Below are positions 40,849-52,345 of a stretch of 64,000 nt of DNA, one piece after another. Within the stretch, counting starts at the first letter, position 1. Every line of letters starts with the position of its first letter. The stretch comes from a bacterium (GTDB taxonomy: Bacteria; Zhuqueibacterota; Zhuqueibacteria; Residuimicrobiales; Krinioviventaceae). The position numbers were made by a program, and so were the translations under genes. The notes under the pieces are model-generated. The model did no database searches and was not told where the DNA came from. It saw nothing but the letters and a program-made list of their open reading frames with translations. The DNA is taken from the NCBI GenBank assembly GCA_963675755.2, contig CAXXMD010000002.1, positions 704,001 through 768,000 of the forward strand. Reading direction: 5' to 3'.

Positions 40849-41193
40849 CTATTTTTCTGTTCGTATCTGCTGCAACAATGTCTCAATATGATGAGCATAG
40901 GCAGTTGAATCGTCATAATAAAAAGCCAATGTGGGGACATGACGTAATTTCATCTGTTTACCCACAGCACTACGCAGCATTCCTTTTGAACGCTCTAATG
41001 CATCCTGAGCTTTTTCTAACTGGTCATCTTTAAGAACGCTGAAATATATTTTTGCATGACGAATATCATCAGTAACTTTAACTTTGGTAATGGTAACAAA
41101 TTGAACAGCAGGATCCTGCACTTCTCGCAAGAGTTGACTGCTGACCACATTTTGTATTACTGATGCTACTCTATCTGCTCGTTTATAATTCAT
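40849..41193 (-). CDS. rbfA: Ribosome-binding factor A
   Basis: RADRVA and LRHVPTLAFYYD motifs; operon context. Confidence 0.95.
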   Translation of the reverse strand: MNYKRADRVASVIQNVVSSQLLREVQDPAVQFVTITKVKVTDDIRHAKIYFSVLKDDQLEKAQDALERSKGMLRSAVGKQMKLRHVPTLAFYYDDSTAYAHHIETLLQQIRTEK

Positions 41194-41197
41194 AAAT

Positions 41198-41482
41198 CTA
41201 TATTATCTCTTTTTGATGGTCAAGTATCTCTACCTGATCATGATCATCCAGAAAATTAAATATTCTGGTAAACGTTTGTTCTATAATCTTTTTTTCATTA
41301 GCAACAATTGAAATACCCAATGTCGCCTTTTGCCATTTATCAAGTTCGTCTACTTCTGCTATTGAAATATTAAACTTGTTCTGCAATTTATCTTTAATGC
41401 TTTTTATGACGAATCGTTTTTCTTTTAACGATTCACTTGCAGGAATTAATAATAAAAATTGAAAAATTCCTACCAGCATCAT
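41198..41482 (-). CDS. DUF503 (YlxP) protein
   Basis: SLKEKR...KFNISIAEV...DKWQ; located between infB and rbfA. Confidence 0.9.
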   Translation of the reverse strand: MMLVGIFQFLLLIPASESLKEKRFVIKSIKDKLQNKFNISIAEVDELDKWQKATLGISIVANEKKIIEQTFTRIFNFLDDHDQVEILDHQKEII

Positions 41483-44125
41483 TTATTCCAAAGTACGTTT
41501 GGTTTCAATAAGTTCATATGATTCAATAATATCATTAACTTTAAGATCATCGTAACCTTCAATACCAATACCACATTCAAAACCTGAATTCACCTCTTTA
41601 ACATCATCTTTGAAACGTTTGAGAGATGAAATTTTTCCGTCGTGAATCAAACGATCATCTCGATAGAGTTTAACACGATGGTTTCGGTTAATTTTGCCAT
41701 TGGTTACATAACATCCGGCAATTGTACCAATCTTGGGGACTTTGAATGTTTGTCTGATTTCTACAGTTCCCACATTTTGTTCGGTAATAGTGGGTTTAAG
41801 GAATCCTTCAAGTGCCGATTTTACATCTTCAATGATATCATAAATAACTTCATAAGAACGAATATCTACATTTTCTTTACTTGCCAATTCACGTGCCTTG
41901 GTTGTTGGACGTACATGAAAACCGATGATAATCGCTCCTGATGCTGAGGCTAACAACACATCAGATTCGGATATTGCACCAACACCTCTGTGAATAACAT
42001 TAACTGTAACTTCATCAGTAGATAATTTTAACAATGAATCAATAATCGCTTCAATTGAACCATCAACATCCGCTTTTACAACAATAGAGAGCTGTTCAAT
42101 CTGACCCTTTTGGATCTGTCTTGAAATTTCATCCAATGTGCGTGGACGATTACTCCACAAATCATGTTCACGTTGAAGGATCTGACGCTTCTGGCTAATA
42201 TCTCTGGTATCTCTTTCAGATTCCAATACAATAAAAGTATCACCTGCCTGAGGTAAACCATCAAAACCCAAAACCTGAACCGGTTGAGACGGACCAGCCA
42301 ATTTTATTCTCTTATTTCTTTCATCAAGCATTGAACGAACTTTACCACTATAAGTACCAGCTACAAAAGGATCACCAACCTTCAAAGTACCTGTTTGTAC
42401 CAGTACTGACGATACAACACCCTTGCCCTTATCAAGTCGGGATTCGATAACAACACCTTTTGCTCTTCTATCAGGATTCGCCTTTAAATCAAGCATTTCA
42501 GCTTCAAGTAAAATAGATTCAAGCAGCTGATCACAAGCTTGACCCGTTTTAGCAGATATTTCTACACACTGATACTTTCCACCCCACTGCTCAATCAACA
42601 CATTATGTTCAGCAAGCTGTTTCTTGATCATGTCAGGATTAGCATTTGGCTTGTCAACTTTATTAATAGCAACAACTATTGGTACTTCAGCTGCACGAGC
42701 ATGGCTGATAGCTTCAATTGTTTGAGGCATCACATTATCGTCTGCTGCTACAACAAGAATTACGATATCAGTAATCTGAGCACCACGGGCACGCATAGCT
42801 GTAAATGCTTCGTGACCAGGTGTATCTAAAAATGTTATGGCTTTACCATTCAGGTGCACTTCGTAAGCACCAATGTGCTGGGTAATACTACCAGATTCAC
42901 CAGCTATAATATTACTATTACGATAATAATCAAGTAATGAAGTTTTACCATGATCCACATGTCCCATAATGGTGACAACAGGTGGTCTGGGTTGCAAATC
43001 TTCATCTTCATCGTCTTCATCCATTTGCTCTAAAAGATCTTCACCAAATTCGGCAAGTGGCTCAACTTCGTACTCGTATTCAGAAGCTAATAAAGTAATT
43101 GAATCCATATCAAGACGTTGATTTATGGAAACCATCATTCCCAGTTCCATACATTTTCTAATCAACTCGGTAGATTCTATATCCATCAGGTTTGCAAGTT
43201 CAGCAAGAGACATAAACTCACTAACCTTGATTACTGGATTAATTTCGCTCTCTTCTTCAATATCTTCTTGAATTCTACGTTTGCGTTTCTTGCTTTTAGA
43301 AGAATCATCAATGGATGCCAAAGTTTGACGAATATTTGATTGTATCTCTTCTTCATTAAATACAGGGCGACGTTTTTTCTTTTTCTTTGAACGCTTTGAT
43401 GCTGCCAAAGCTTCTTCTGGCTTAACTTGCTCATCGCCAGCTTTTTTACCACGAGGCTTACGACGTCGTTTTTTACGACCTTCTTGTGATCCTTTATCAG
43501 AATCGCCTTGTGCTGAGCCATCTTTTTTGGGAGCAGGCGAAGATTTATCACCAGTTTTATCCCTAGTAGTTTTTGAAGAATCTGATTTACCTTGATCTTC
43601 TTTTGGCTTCTGACGGCTATCTTTTTGTTCTGGAGGTATTTCAATAATTTTTAATTTTTTCTTTATACGAGGTTTCGGCTTTGCTTCCTGTTCTTCAGTA
43701 GCTGACGGGATTTGCTGTGAAGGACTTTCAACCCGAGTCTCATCCTTAACTTCAACAGGTTTTGATATTTCATCAGGTCGATCTTGTTGCTCTTGCCGAT
43801 GTTTTAACTTGGGCATTTCTTCAGCAAGCTCTTTGGCAAAACGAATTCGTCTTTCCAGCTCTTCTTTAGCCTTTTCGCTTTTTTCCTTTTCAATCGCCTG
43901 TTTATCACGCAATCTTTTGCGAAATTCCTGTTCTTCATCTACATTTTCCACAGGCTGAACAGTCGCTTCTCCATACTTATCCATCACCTTGTTATACGCA
44001 TCATCAGACAAAGGACTCATATGATTTCGTATATCAAAGTTAAGACCAGTAAGAAAGTCGATCAAAGCTTCGTTGGAAATATTAAATTCTCGCGCAACTT
44101 GAAATACTCTTTTTTTAACAGCCAA
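41483..44125 (-). CDS. infB: Translation initiation factor IF-2
   Basis: GHVDHGKT, DTPGHEAF, NKVD and SLKRFKDDV motifs. Confidence 0.99.
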   Translation of the reverse strand: MAVKKRVFQVAREFNISNEALIDFLTGLNFDIRNHMSPLSDDAYNKVMDKYGEATVQPVENVDEEQEFRKRLRDKQAIEKEKSEKAKEELERRIRFAKELAEEMPKLKHRQEQQDRPDEISKPVEVKDETRVESPSQQIPSATEEQEAKPKPRIKKKLKIIEIPPEQKDSRQKPKEDQGKSDSSKTTRDKTGDKSSPAPKKDGSAQGDSDKGSQEGRKKRRRKPRGKKAGDEQVKPEEALAASKRSKKKKKRRPVFNEEEIQSNIRQTLASIDDSSKSKKRKRRIQEDIEEESEINPVIKVSEFMSLAELANLMDIESTELIRKCMELGMMVSINQRLDMDSITLLASEYEYEVEPLAEFGEDLLEQMDEDDEDEDLQPRPPVVTIMGHVDHGKTSLLDYYRNSNIIAGESGSITQHIGAYEVHLNGKAITFLDTPGHEAFTAMRARGAQITDIVILVVAADDNVMPQTIEAISHARAAEVPIVVAINKVDKPNANPDMIKKQLAEHNVLIEQWGGKYQCVEISAKTGQACDQLLESILLEAEMLDLKANPDRRAKGVVIESRLDKGKGVVSSVLVQTGTLKVGDPFVAGTYSGKVRSMLDERNKRIKLAGPSQPVQVLGFDGLPQAGDTFIVLESERDTRDISQKRQILQREHDLWSNRPRTLDEISRQIQKGQIEQLSIVVKADVDGSIEAIIDSLLKLSTDEVTVNVIHRGVGAISESDVLLASASGAIIIGFHVRPTTKARELASKENVDIRSYEVIYDIIEDVKSALEGFLKPTITEQNVGTVEIRQTFKVPKIGTIAGCYVTNGKINRNHRVKLYRDDRLIHDGKISSLKRFKDDVKEVNSGFECGIGIEGYDDLKVNDIIESYELIETKRTLE

Positions 44126-44167
44126 AAAAAACTCCCGTTGTTATGGCGCTACCTATTCACTTTACAA

Positions 44168-45577
44168 TTATTCTTTATCTTCTTTTTCCGGTGTTTCTTC
44201 AGCAGATTCAGATTCTTCCTCTTCCACTTTTTCAACTACCGGTTCTGCATCATTTTCAACATCATCAGAATCATTAACCAATTCATCATCATCAGTTTCA
44301 TCTAACTCTTCAACTTCCTGATCATCTTCATCCTGGTTTTGAAAGTTCTTTTGCAAAGATTCTTTTAATTTCTCTGCAGTTTTTTCGCCAACACCTGGCA
44401 AGTGGGTCAACTCGTCGAGATCTGCTTCAACAATATCACGAATAGTTTCAAATCCACCAACAAGAAGTGTCTTTTTCAATTTTCCAGGAATATCTTCAAC
44501 CTCGGTAAGAGGCAGATCAAGACCACTTTCAGATTCTATGATTTCTTTATATTCATCATCACGTACTGTCTGAATATCAAAATTAGTTAAACGTGATGCC
44601 AACCTGCGATTTTGGCCACCTTTACCAATAGCCAATGATATTTGCTCATCATCCAAAACGGCAATTACTTTGCGAGCCTCTTCATCAATAACAATTCGTT
44701 TTGGTTTTGCAGGACTAAGAGCACGAGTTATGAAAATTTCAGGCTCGCTGCTCCAGTTTATGATATCTATTTTTTCATTATTTAATTCTTTAACAATTGC
44801 TTGAATGCGCATTCCCTTCATACCTACACAAGCACCAACTGCATCAATACGTTTATCGTTAGAATAAACAGCAATTTTGGTTCTTTCGCCGGCTTCACGG
44901 GTAATTGCGCGAATTTCAATAATACCTTCATAAATTTCCGGCACTTCAAGTTCAAACAATCTTGAAAGAAACATGGGATCTGAACGAGAAATAATAATCT
45001 CAGGACCACGTGCGGTCTTTTTCACTTCTTTGATCACCGCACGAATGGATTCACCACGTCTGTATTTTTCATTCGGAATTTGTTCATACTTTGGTAAAAC
45101 CATTTCAGTGTTTTCTGCATTAATAAAGATCTCATCACGATTGATCTGACGAATCTCTCCACTAACAATTTCACCAGAACGATTTTTAAATTCATCGTAG
45201 ATCTGTTCTTTTTCAAATTCCTTAATACGCTGATTCAGGTTTTGTTTTGCAGAAATTATTAATCTTCGGCCAAATGCGGCAGGATTAATAATTTCAAGGT
45301 ATTCATCACCCAACTCTAAATCTGGTTCAGACTCTTGAGCTTTTTGAATGTTGATTTCTGTAACTTCATCTTCAACATTTTCGACAATAGTCTTACTTTG
45401 GTAAATTTCAATTTCACCTTTTTCCATATTGACAAAAACATCAAAGTTGTCAGAAGTACCATACTTTTTCTTAATCATGGACAAAAAGATTTCTTCCATG
45501 ATTTTTGTCAACACTTCTTTTTCTACATTTTTTTCTTTAATGAGTGCGGCAAAAGCCTGAACAATTTCACTTTTCAT
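44168..45577 (-). CDS. nusA: Transcription termination factor NusA
   Basis: FELEVPEI, GACVGMKG and AIGKGGQN motifs; HhH and acidic tail. Confidence 0.98.
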   Translation of the reverse strand: MKSEIVQAFAALIKEKNVEKEVLTKIMEEIFLSMIKKKYGTSDNFDVFVNMEKGEIEIYQSKTIVENVEDEVTEINIQKAQESEPDLELGDEYLEIINPAAFGRRLIISAKQNLNQRIKEFEKEQIYDEFKNRSGEIVSGEIRQINRDEIFINAENTEMVLPKYEQIPNEKYRRGESIRAVIKEVKKTARGPEIIISRSDPMFLSRLFELEVPEIYEGIIEIRAITREAGERTKIAVYSNDKRIDAVGACVGMKGMRIQAIVKELNNEKIDIINWSSEPEIFITRALSPAKPKRIVIDEEARKVIAVLDDEQISLAIGKGGQNRRLASRLTNFDIQTVRDDEYKEIIESESGLDLPLTEVEDIPGKLKKTLLVGGFETIRDIVEADLDELTHLPGVGEKTAEKLKESLQKNFQNQDEDDQEVEELDETDDDELVNDSDDVENDAEPVVEKVEEEESESAEETPEKEDKE

Positions 45578-45601
45578 GTTTAAATACCTGTCTTGTAGTG
45601 A

Positions 45602-46054
45602 CTAAAATTCAATAATGATTTTAGCGGACTTTAATTCAGTTATATTGAACACATGTTCGTTATCACCATCCGTTAAAACGACCTGTTCCGCTTCAACAGT
45701 ATGTATGGTACCTGTTTTTTCTAAACTTTTCTCTTCATCACCCAGCACAACTTTGACCTTTTCGCCAATATTGCGCTCAAAATCTCGGGCAGTCTTTAAT
45801 GGTCGGGTTAAACCGGGAGACGAAACTTCAAGCACATAACGCTCTTGTATAACATCATCTCGCTCAAGGATCTCAGCAATGGTTCTGCTTGCTTTTTCAC
45901 ATTGCTCAAGCTTGACTCCACCCTGCCTGTGAATATAAATACGTATAATCCGTTTGCGGCTGTTACCCAAAATTTCCAAATCTACCAGTTCAAGATCCAT
46001 CTCATCAAGTACAGGTAGAATTATTTTTTTTATTATTTCTATATCTATCGCCAT
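45602..46054 (-). CDS. rimP: Ribosome maturation factor RimP
   Basis: YVLEVSSPGLTRPL motif; first gene of the nusA operon. Confidence 0.95.
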   Translation of the reverse strand: MAIDIEIIKKIILPVLDEMDLELVDLEILGNSRKRIIRIYIHRQGGVKLEQCEKASRTIAEILERDDVIQERYVLEVSSPGLTRPLKTARDFERNIGEKVKVVLGDEEKSLEKTGTIHTVEAEQVVLTDGDNEHVFNITELKSAKIIIEF

Positions 46055-46071
46055 ATTTTTCACTTTACAAC

Positions 46072-46137
46072 AAAAAAGTGGGCCCGGTGAGCCCACTTTG
46101 AGTCTTTAAATATACTAAAGTAAATTCTTAAAATCAA
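46072..46137 (-). promoter_or_regulatory. Promoter and rimP leader hairpin
   Basis: TTGATT-17-TATATT, then AAAGTGGGC...GCCCACTTTTTT upstream of rimP. Confidence 0.75.
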
Positions 46138-46163
46138 GAATTTTCTATTGTTCAAATAAAAAA

Positions 46164-46832
46164 CTACATTACGGATTTGAGCAACAACGCTTCATCTTTT
46201 TCCTCAGAATCCGGATAATCGTGAACAATGGTATCATATAACTCTGCAGCTTTTTGTGGGTTTCCTGCCAAACTATAGCAATTGGCTGCTTTTAATAAAT
46301 TCTCAGAAGCTGTAAAAGATTCAGGGAATTTATTTGCAGTTTTTACATACTGCTGTGCTGCTTTTTCATAATCTTTCAACTGCTCATGGCAAGCTGCAAC
46401 AGCAGCCATTGCAGATGCTTTAACATAATCATCGCCTTTAAAGCCTTTTGCAAAATCGGAAAAATGCTTTTCAGCTTGTTCGTAATCACCTGTCTGGAAT
46501 AATGCATTGCCAAGGTAGTATTTGGCCAATTTACCACTCTGAGTTGATCCATAAGAGCTAATGATATTCTGCAAAACTGGCTTGGCTGATTCGTAATCAT
46601 TGCTTGATATTGAACGCATAGCAATTGCCAATTCTACACTTGCAGAAGATTCAGCTTTTTGTTTTGATGATATAACATAAAATGACAATAGTAAAACAAC
46701 AACAATTGCACCTATTCCGATAAACAGAATTTTGGAATTGTTTTCTACCCAATCCTGGGCATTAAAATAAAAAGTAACTAATTTGTCTTCTTTTAGTTCT
46801 TTTTTTGTCAGACGCTTTCTTGGTGTAAGCAT
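46164..46832 (-). CDS. Membrane-anchored TPR protein (YfgM/BamD-like)
   Basis: KELKEDK, one TM and TPR helices (YYLGNA, FPES, YPDS). Confidence 0.85.
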   Translation of the reverse strand: MLTPRKRLTKKELKEDKLVTFYFNAQDWVENNSKILFIGIGAIVVVLLLSFYVISSKQKAESSASVELAIAMRSISSNDYESAKPVLQNIISSYGSTQSGKLAKYYLGNALFQTGDYEQAEKHFSDFAKGFKGDDYVKASAMAAVAACHEQLKDYEKAAQQYVKTANKFPESFTASENLLKAANCYSLAGNPQKAAELYDTIVHDYPDSEEKDEALLLKSVM

Positions 46833-46932
46833 GTAATTCCTTGTTATTATTTATCAACTCTATAACCAATAGCCGGATAATGTAATGAATAGAAAATAAA
46901 AAATCAAGAATAAAAATAAAATTTTACATTCA

Positions 46933-47301
46933 TTAATCAGGTGGCCTTGCTTCTTTAGCACTTACTGTAACAATTTCATAAGCATTTGAAGCTACAGCAG
47001 CTACAAAGATCATTACAAATGTAACAAGTGCAATATCGCCCCAGGGTGTTCCGGCTATACCTAGCCATTCACAAGCTTTGATGAATAGTGGCATTGAAAA
47101 AAAACTGACTAACAATGAGAAAATAATACTGAAAAAAATTCGACTTTTATTCTCTCTTCCACCTGCAAAATACGAAATTATAAATATACCTACACCCAGT
47201 GTTAAGGCAATTATGGATATGGTATCATTAAACACAATCCAGTGTATACCACCGGATGTTTTTTCTATTGTAAATAAAGAATCTGCTTGTGCAATTTCCA
47301 T
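46933..47301 (-). CDS. Small membrane protein, hypothetical
   Basis: 122 aa with three hydrophobic segments. Confidence 0.65.
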   Translation of the reverse strand: MEIAQADSLFTIEKTSGGIHWIVFNDTISIIALTLGVGIFIISYFAGGRENKSRIFFSIIFSLLVSFFSMPLFIKACEWLGIAGTPWGDIALVTFVMIFVAAVASNAYEIVTVSAKEARPPD

Positions 47302-47397
47302 ATAAATCCCGGGTTAAAATCCCAATTTATAAACGATTACATTGTATAAATTTGAAAATTGATATGCAAGCAATTTCTTGAAAATGGCTCAAGACTA

Positions 47398-48229
47398 TTA
47401 TTGCTCTTCCTGGTTATAGTAAAACATGTATTTAATAAATACATGGTCATGATAAACCTGCGAATTCCCTTGATCATCAATTATAATGGGATTTTCATCA
47501 ACACGTATAATCAAAGTCATATTTTTACGCTGTAAACCCAGTTTACGGGTTGCATCAAAATCAAAATCACGCACATACACATCACCATCAATAGCTGGAA
47601 TAATCCGTATTGTTCCATAACGATTGCGAAAGAAACGGTAAACACTTTCAAATGAATTTTGGGTTGATACTACAAATACATTTGCGTCAGAACCCAACTC
47701 TTCCATTTCCATCAATGCAACTTCTTCTTCCAGTTTACCTTCATAAGTAAGGTTTCCGGCCAGTTTTCTTAAATCTTCAAGAGATCTGTCTAAATTTTGG
47801 GGTAAATCGACAGTCACCGGATAACTGATGAGAAAAATATCAATCCGTGTCGGCCAAAAACTGCTTGCTACGCGTGGAATTTTTACAGGATAAATTTCTA
47901 TACGGTTTGCAGATTGACGGTTAATTTCAGAAAAATTATATACTAACCTGTCACCTACTTTGTAAAATCTCTGGCCACACAATCTGGTATAATGTGCAAC
48001 GACTGTACGTGGATCATCACGAGTTAAAAAACTCTTGATACGCATTGTACGAGCTTTGGGAAATTTGACTTGTTCTCGTTTTTCCAGATATTCGACAAAA
48101 TCATTGTCACTGAACGAATCCGGGTACTCAAACTCATCAAATGTACTTTCCCGAAAAAGTATCTGGGAAAACAATGATGTTGAGAATAAAAGAAAAAGTA
48201 AAACAAAAAAACAGTCTGGAATATTTCAT
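47398..48229 (-). CDS. Secreted hypothetical protein (T7-run frameshift near 48205)
   Basis: 258-aa ORF; removing one T joins the signal peptide MKYSRLFFVLLFLLFSTSLFS from ATG 48229. Confidence 0.65.
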
Positions 48230-48240
48230 AATAACCACAT

Positions 48241-48594
48241 TTATTTGGATTCGAGTTTCCATGAAAAACAACTGCGCTTATTTGTATGGCAAGTAGGACC
48301 TTTGGCTATCGCTTTGACCAGGATTGTATCATTATCACAGTCTGTATATAATTCAACCAATTGCAAAAAGTTCCCGGAAGTCTCTCCTTTGGTCCAGTAT
48401 TCCTGACGTGAACGACTCCAAAAGGTAACCAATTGTTTTTCCAAAGTCATTTTTACACTATCTTTATTCATGTAGCCCAGCATCAGCACAGCGCCATCTG
48501 CATTATCCTGAACAATTGCAGGGATCAATCCTTTTTCATCAAATTTTAATCTATTGATAAAATCTTCTGTTGTTACATTTTCAATTTCTGACAT
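48241..48594 (-). CDS. hisI: Phosphoribosyl-AMP cyclohydrolase
   Basis: [21 protein letters not shown] and CHTNKRSCF motifs. Confidence 0.96.
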   Translation of the reverse strand: MSEIENVTTEDFINRLKFDEKGLIPAIVQDNADGAVLMLGYMNKDSVKMTLEKQLVTFWSRSRQEYWTKGETSGNFLQLVELYTDCDNDTILVKAIAKGPTCHTNKRSCFSWKLESK

Positions 48595-49342
48595 GAATGT
48601 TCCTCTCTTTTAAATATTCTTTAACTTCTTGAATTGAATTTTCACGGTAATGGAATATAGATGCAGCCAAAGCAGCATCGGCAGCACCATCACGAAATAC
48701 ATCTTCAAAATGCTTTAATTCACCACATCCACCTGATGCAATAACGGGTATACTGACAGCTTGAGAAATAGTACGTGTTAATTCTATATCAAAACCGATT
48801 TTGCGTACCATCACGATCCATTGAGGTTAAGAGAATTTCACCTGCTCCCATTTCTTCTGCTTCCTGGGCCCATTCAAGTGCATCTCTTTCAACGGGTTCT
48901 CTTCCCCCGTATATATAGACCTGCCAGGATTTGTCATCCTTTCTTTTGGCTAATCGATTGCCAAAACAGTAGCCTGACTGCCATATCTTTCGGCACATTC
49001 TCTTAACAGATCGGGATTATGGACTGCTGCTGTGTTCATAGTAACTTTGTCTGCACCGTTTTTTAATAAAATCTGAGCATCCTGAGCGGTTCTAACACCA
49101 CCACCAACAGTCAGAGGCATAAAAACCTGTTCAGCGGTCCGTCTCACTACGTCCAGCATTATCTCCCGTTTATCTGATGATGCAGTAATATCCAGAAAAA
49201 CAAGTTCGTCTGCACCATGCAAATCATAATATTTTGCCTGTTCAACGGGATCACCCGCATCTACAAGGTTTAAGAAATTGATTCCTTTTACCACGCGCCC
49301 TTCTGTAACATCTAGACAAGGTATTATCCGTTTTGCTAACAT
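48581..49342 (-). CDS. hisF: IGP synthase cyclase subunit (two frameshifts)
   Basis: [26 protein letters not shown] and ASGG...ALAASIFH in three frames. Confidence 0.93.
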
Positions 49343-49353
49343 ATTTCAATCTT

Positions 49354-50080
49354 TCAATTAAACATTTCATTCAATTTCTGTAAATCAATTTTATTTTCAT
49401 AGATGGCAGTGCCTACAATTGCACCATCGATATTGGGTTCATTTCTGTCTGCAAGGGCCTGGAATTGTTCATAATTTGCAAAGCCACCCGATGCAATAAC
49501 CTTTAATCCGCTTTTAGCAGCAAGGTTAACGGTATTGTCAATATTGGGACCTGTTAATGCTCCGTCACGATCAACATCAGTATACACAATTCGTATTACA
49601 CCTTTTGATTTCATATCAGTGGCTAAATCATATACATCTTTATCAGTCTGGGTCTCCCAGCCATCAACAGCTACCTTGTTGTTTCTGGCATCTATACCTA
49701 CCACAATGCGTTGGGGACCAAACATATCAACAACTTTTGCCACCGTATCAGGATTAGTGATTGCCGCAGTACCAATGATAACCCGATCAACACCAACCTC
49801 TAACCAGTTTTTAACATCATCTTCTGTGCGGATACCTCCGCCCAGCTCGACAGGTATATCAATTGATTTAACGATATCCTTAATCACCTGCATATTTTTT
49901 TTGAGCACGGCCAAAAGCACCGTCAAGGTTTATCAAATGGAGATATTTTGAACCCAGCTCTTGCCAATGTTTAGCCATTTGTGGAGGATTGTCACTGTAT
50001 TGTTTTGCAGTATTCTCTACACCTTTTTTTAAACGAACACATTGTCCGCCTAACAAATCGATTGCCGGTAAAATTATCAC
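49354..50080 (-). CDS. hisA: ProFAR isomerase (frameshift about 49900)
   Basis: PAIDLLGGQCVRL, GGGIR and YTDVDRDG motifs. Confidence 0.93.
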
Positions 50081-50091
50081 GTATCAGCCTC

Positions 50092-50690
50092 TTAGATATT
50101 TACAAAATTTTCAAGTACTTGTAGTCCCATTTTCTGTGATTTTTCCGGATGAAACTGCAATCCGAATACATTTTCTTTATTTACGGCAACAGGTACACGC
50201 ATGCCGTAATCGGTTTCACCAATAATGATTTCACTATTCTCAGGTGAAATATAATATGAATGAGCAAAATAAAAGAAACTCTGATCAGCAATATTATTCC
50301 ACAAGGGTGATTTAGTTTTGGGAATGAGTACATTCCAGCCCAAATGCGGTACCTTGAGATCTTTGTAAAGCGCTTTACAGGTCCTTTAAAAACAGATAAT
50401 CCCTTAACGCCGGGACTCTCTTCGCTTGATTCAAACAGCAATTGCATGCCTAAACAGATACCTAAAAAAGGCTTACCTTTTTCGATACTCTCTAACAGGG
50501 TATCACGTAAACCAAGCTGATCAATCTTTTCAACAGCCTTTCCAAAAGCACCTACACCGGGAAAGATTACCTTGTCCGCTTCAAGTATTTCTTTAGGGTT
50601 AGAAGTAACTTTAGCTTCCGCACCTGTATGCTCAACGGCTTTTTGAACGCTTCTCAGATTACCAGCCTCATAATCCACAATACATATCAT
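50092..50690 (-). CDS. hisH: IGP synthase glutaminase subunit (frameshift about 50355)
   Basis: GNLRSV, PGVGAF, GICLGMQ and QFHPEKS motifs. Confidence 0.93.
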
Positions 50691-51278
50691 AAAAGAACTC
50701 CTTTAGTCGAAGGTATATCCGTTAACCGGTTGTCTGCTTCCAGTGCCATGCGTAAAGCCCGAGCGGTTGCTTTAATCATAGATTCAAATGCATGATGTTG
50801 ATTCGTTCCATACAACAGGGATACATGCAAAGTGATTTTGGCATTTATTGCAAATGCGCGCAAAAATTCGGAAAACAACTCTCCATCAAAATCACCAACC
50901 ATTTTAGGTTCCAGGCTGCAATCATAGTGAAAAAATCCTCTTCCACTAATGTCGACAACTGTCCTGGCTAGTGCTTCATCCAATGGACAAAAAGCATTTC
51001 CATAACGGGTAATACCTTTGGCGGTACCCAGGGCTTTTTCAAAAACCTGGCCCAATACAATACCAGTATCTTCAACGGTATGGTGTCCATCAATGTACAA
51101 ATCACCTTTTTACTTGCACTTGCAAATCAATTGCACAATGCTTTGCAAAAGCATCTAAAAGATGATCAAAAAAGCCTATACCGGTGCTAATCTGGCCTTT
51201 ACCGGTACCATCCAGATCCAGTTTAATCTGGATATCTGTTTCACGGGTTTTACGACTCAATTCTGCTGTTCTACTCAT
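50687..51278 (-). CDS. hisB: Imidazoleglycerol-phosphate dehydratase (frameshift about 51110)
   Basis: RKTRETDI...[25 protein letters not shown] and PSTKG motifs. Confidence 0.93.
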
Positions 51279-51281
51279 AAT

Positions 51282-52345
51282 TTATTCCTGAACAGTTTCA
51301 GTTAATTTTTCAATAAAAAGATCATTTTCATAACGATTTCAATTGTCAAACGCTGGAATCCTTTTAATAATGGATAGCCACTGAGATTTCTAACCAATAT
51401 ACCACGATTTTTCAACTCGTTAAACAAATCGATATCCTTGCTGCTGTTGAACATGATAAAATTGGCAGATGAAGGATATACATTGATCGACTGGATGTCC
51501 TGAATATGCTGCATCAACCTTGTTCTCTCTTCTGTTAAATAGGCTACCTGCTTTTTCATAACAGATAGATCATCTAAAAGTCTGTTAGCAACAAGCTCTG
51601 TAAAAATATTAACATTATAAGGGATGTTGATCTTTTCAAGTTGTTCAATGATAGTTCGATTTGCTAAAAAATAGCCAAACCGTAAGCCTGCAAGGCTAAA
51701 TGCTTTGGAAAAAGTACGGGAAACAATCAGGTTCTCATATTTATTTAACAACAAGATTGCTGAAAGTTCCGTAAATTCTCCATAGGCCTCATCAAAAAAG
51801 ACGAGTCCCTTGGCAACTGAACAAATACGCTCTACATCTTCCATTTTCATTTCATATCCGGTAGGATTGCCGGGAGAGCACAAAACAATTAGCTTGGGCT
51901 GTTCTTTTTCTATAGAATCCACTACCTGATCAATAGGATATTCTTTACCAGGCTCATGCATAACTTTAATACTGACTGCGTTCAAGAGATCGGCAAACAT
52001 TTCGTACAAGGAAAATACGGGTGGATTATATAATACCTTGTCTCCCACTTCAAGTACAGCTGTAAATAAAGTCTGCAAGATCTGATTAGAGCCACTGCCA
52101 AGCAGGATTTGATCAGCATCAACATGATGCCAACTGGCAAGCTTGGCCCTTAATTCAGGAGATGAATTTACAGGATATCGGTTCCAACTCAAAGATTCGG
52201 CTTTTTTGCACAATTCGGATTTAATATTCTCTGGCACATCAAAAGGATTTTCATTCTGGTTCAACTTGGCCAGAAAATCTTTTTGAGGTGGTGAAGTGTA
52301 TCCTTCCATCTGTACGACTGATTTTTTAAACCATGCTTCTTTCAT
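51282..52345 (-). CDS. hisC: Histidinol-phosphate aminotransferase (probable frameshift near 3' end)
   Basis: LNQNENP, DEAY and SRTFSKAFSLAGLRFG motifs. Confidence 0.93.

Noticed and set aside
48581-51278. Programmed frameshifting or alternative genetic code in his genes
   Set aside because: Breaks are frame changes at unrelated sites rather than in-frame stops; most genes read normally in code 11
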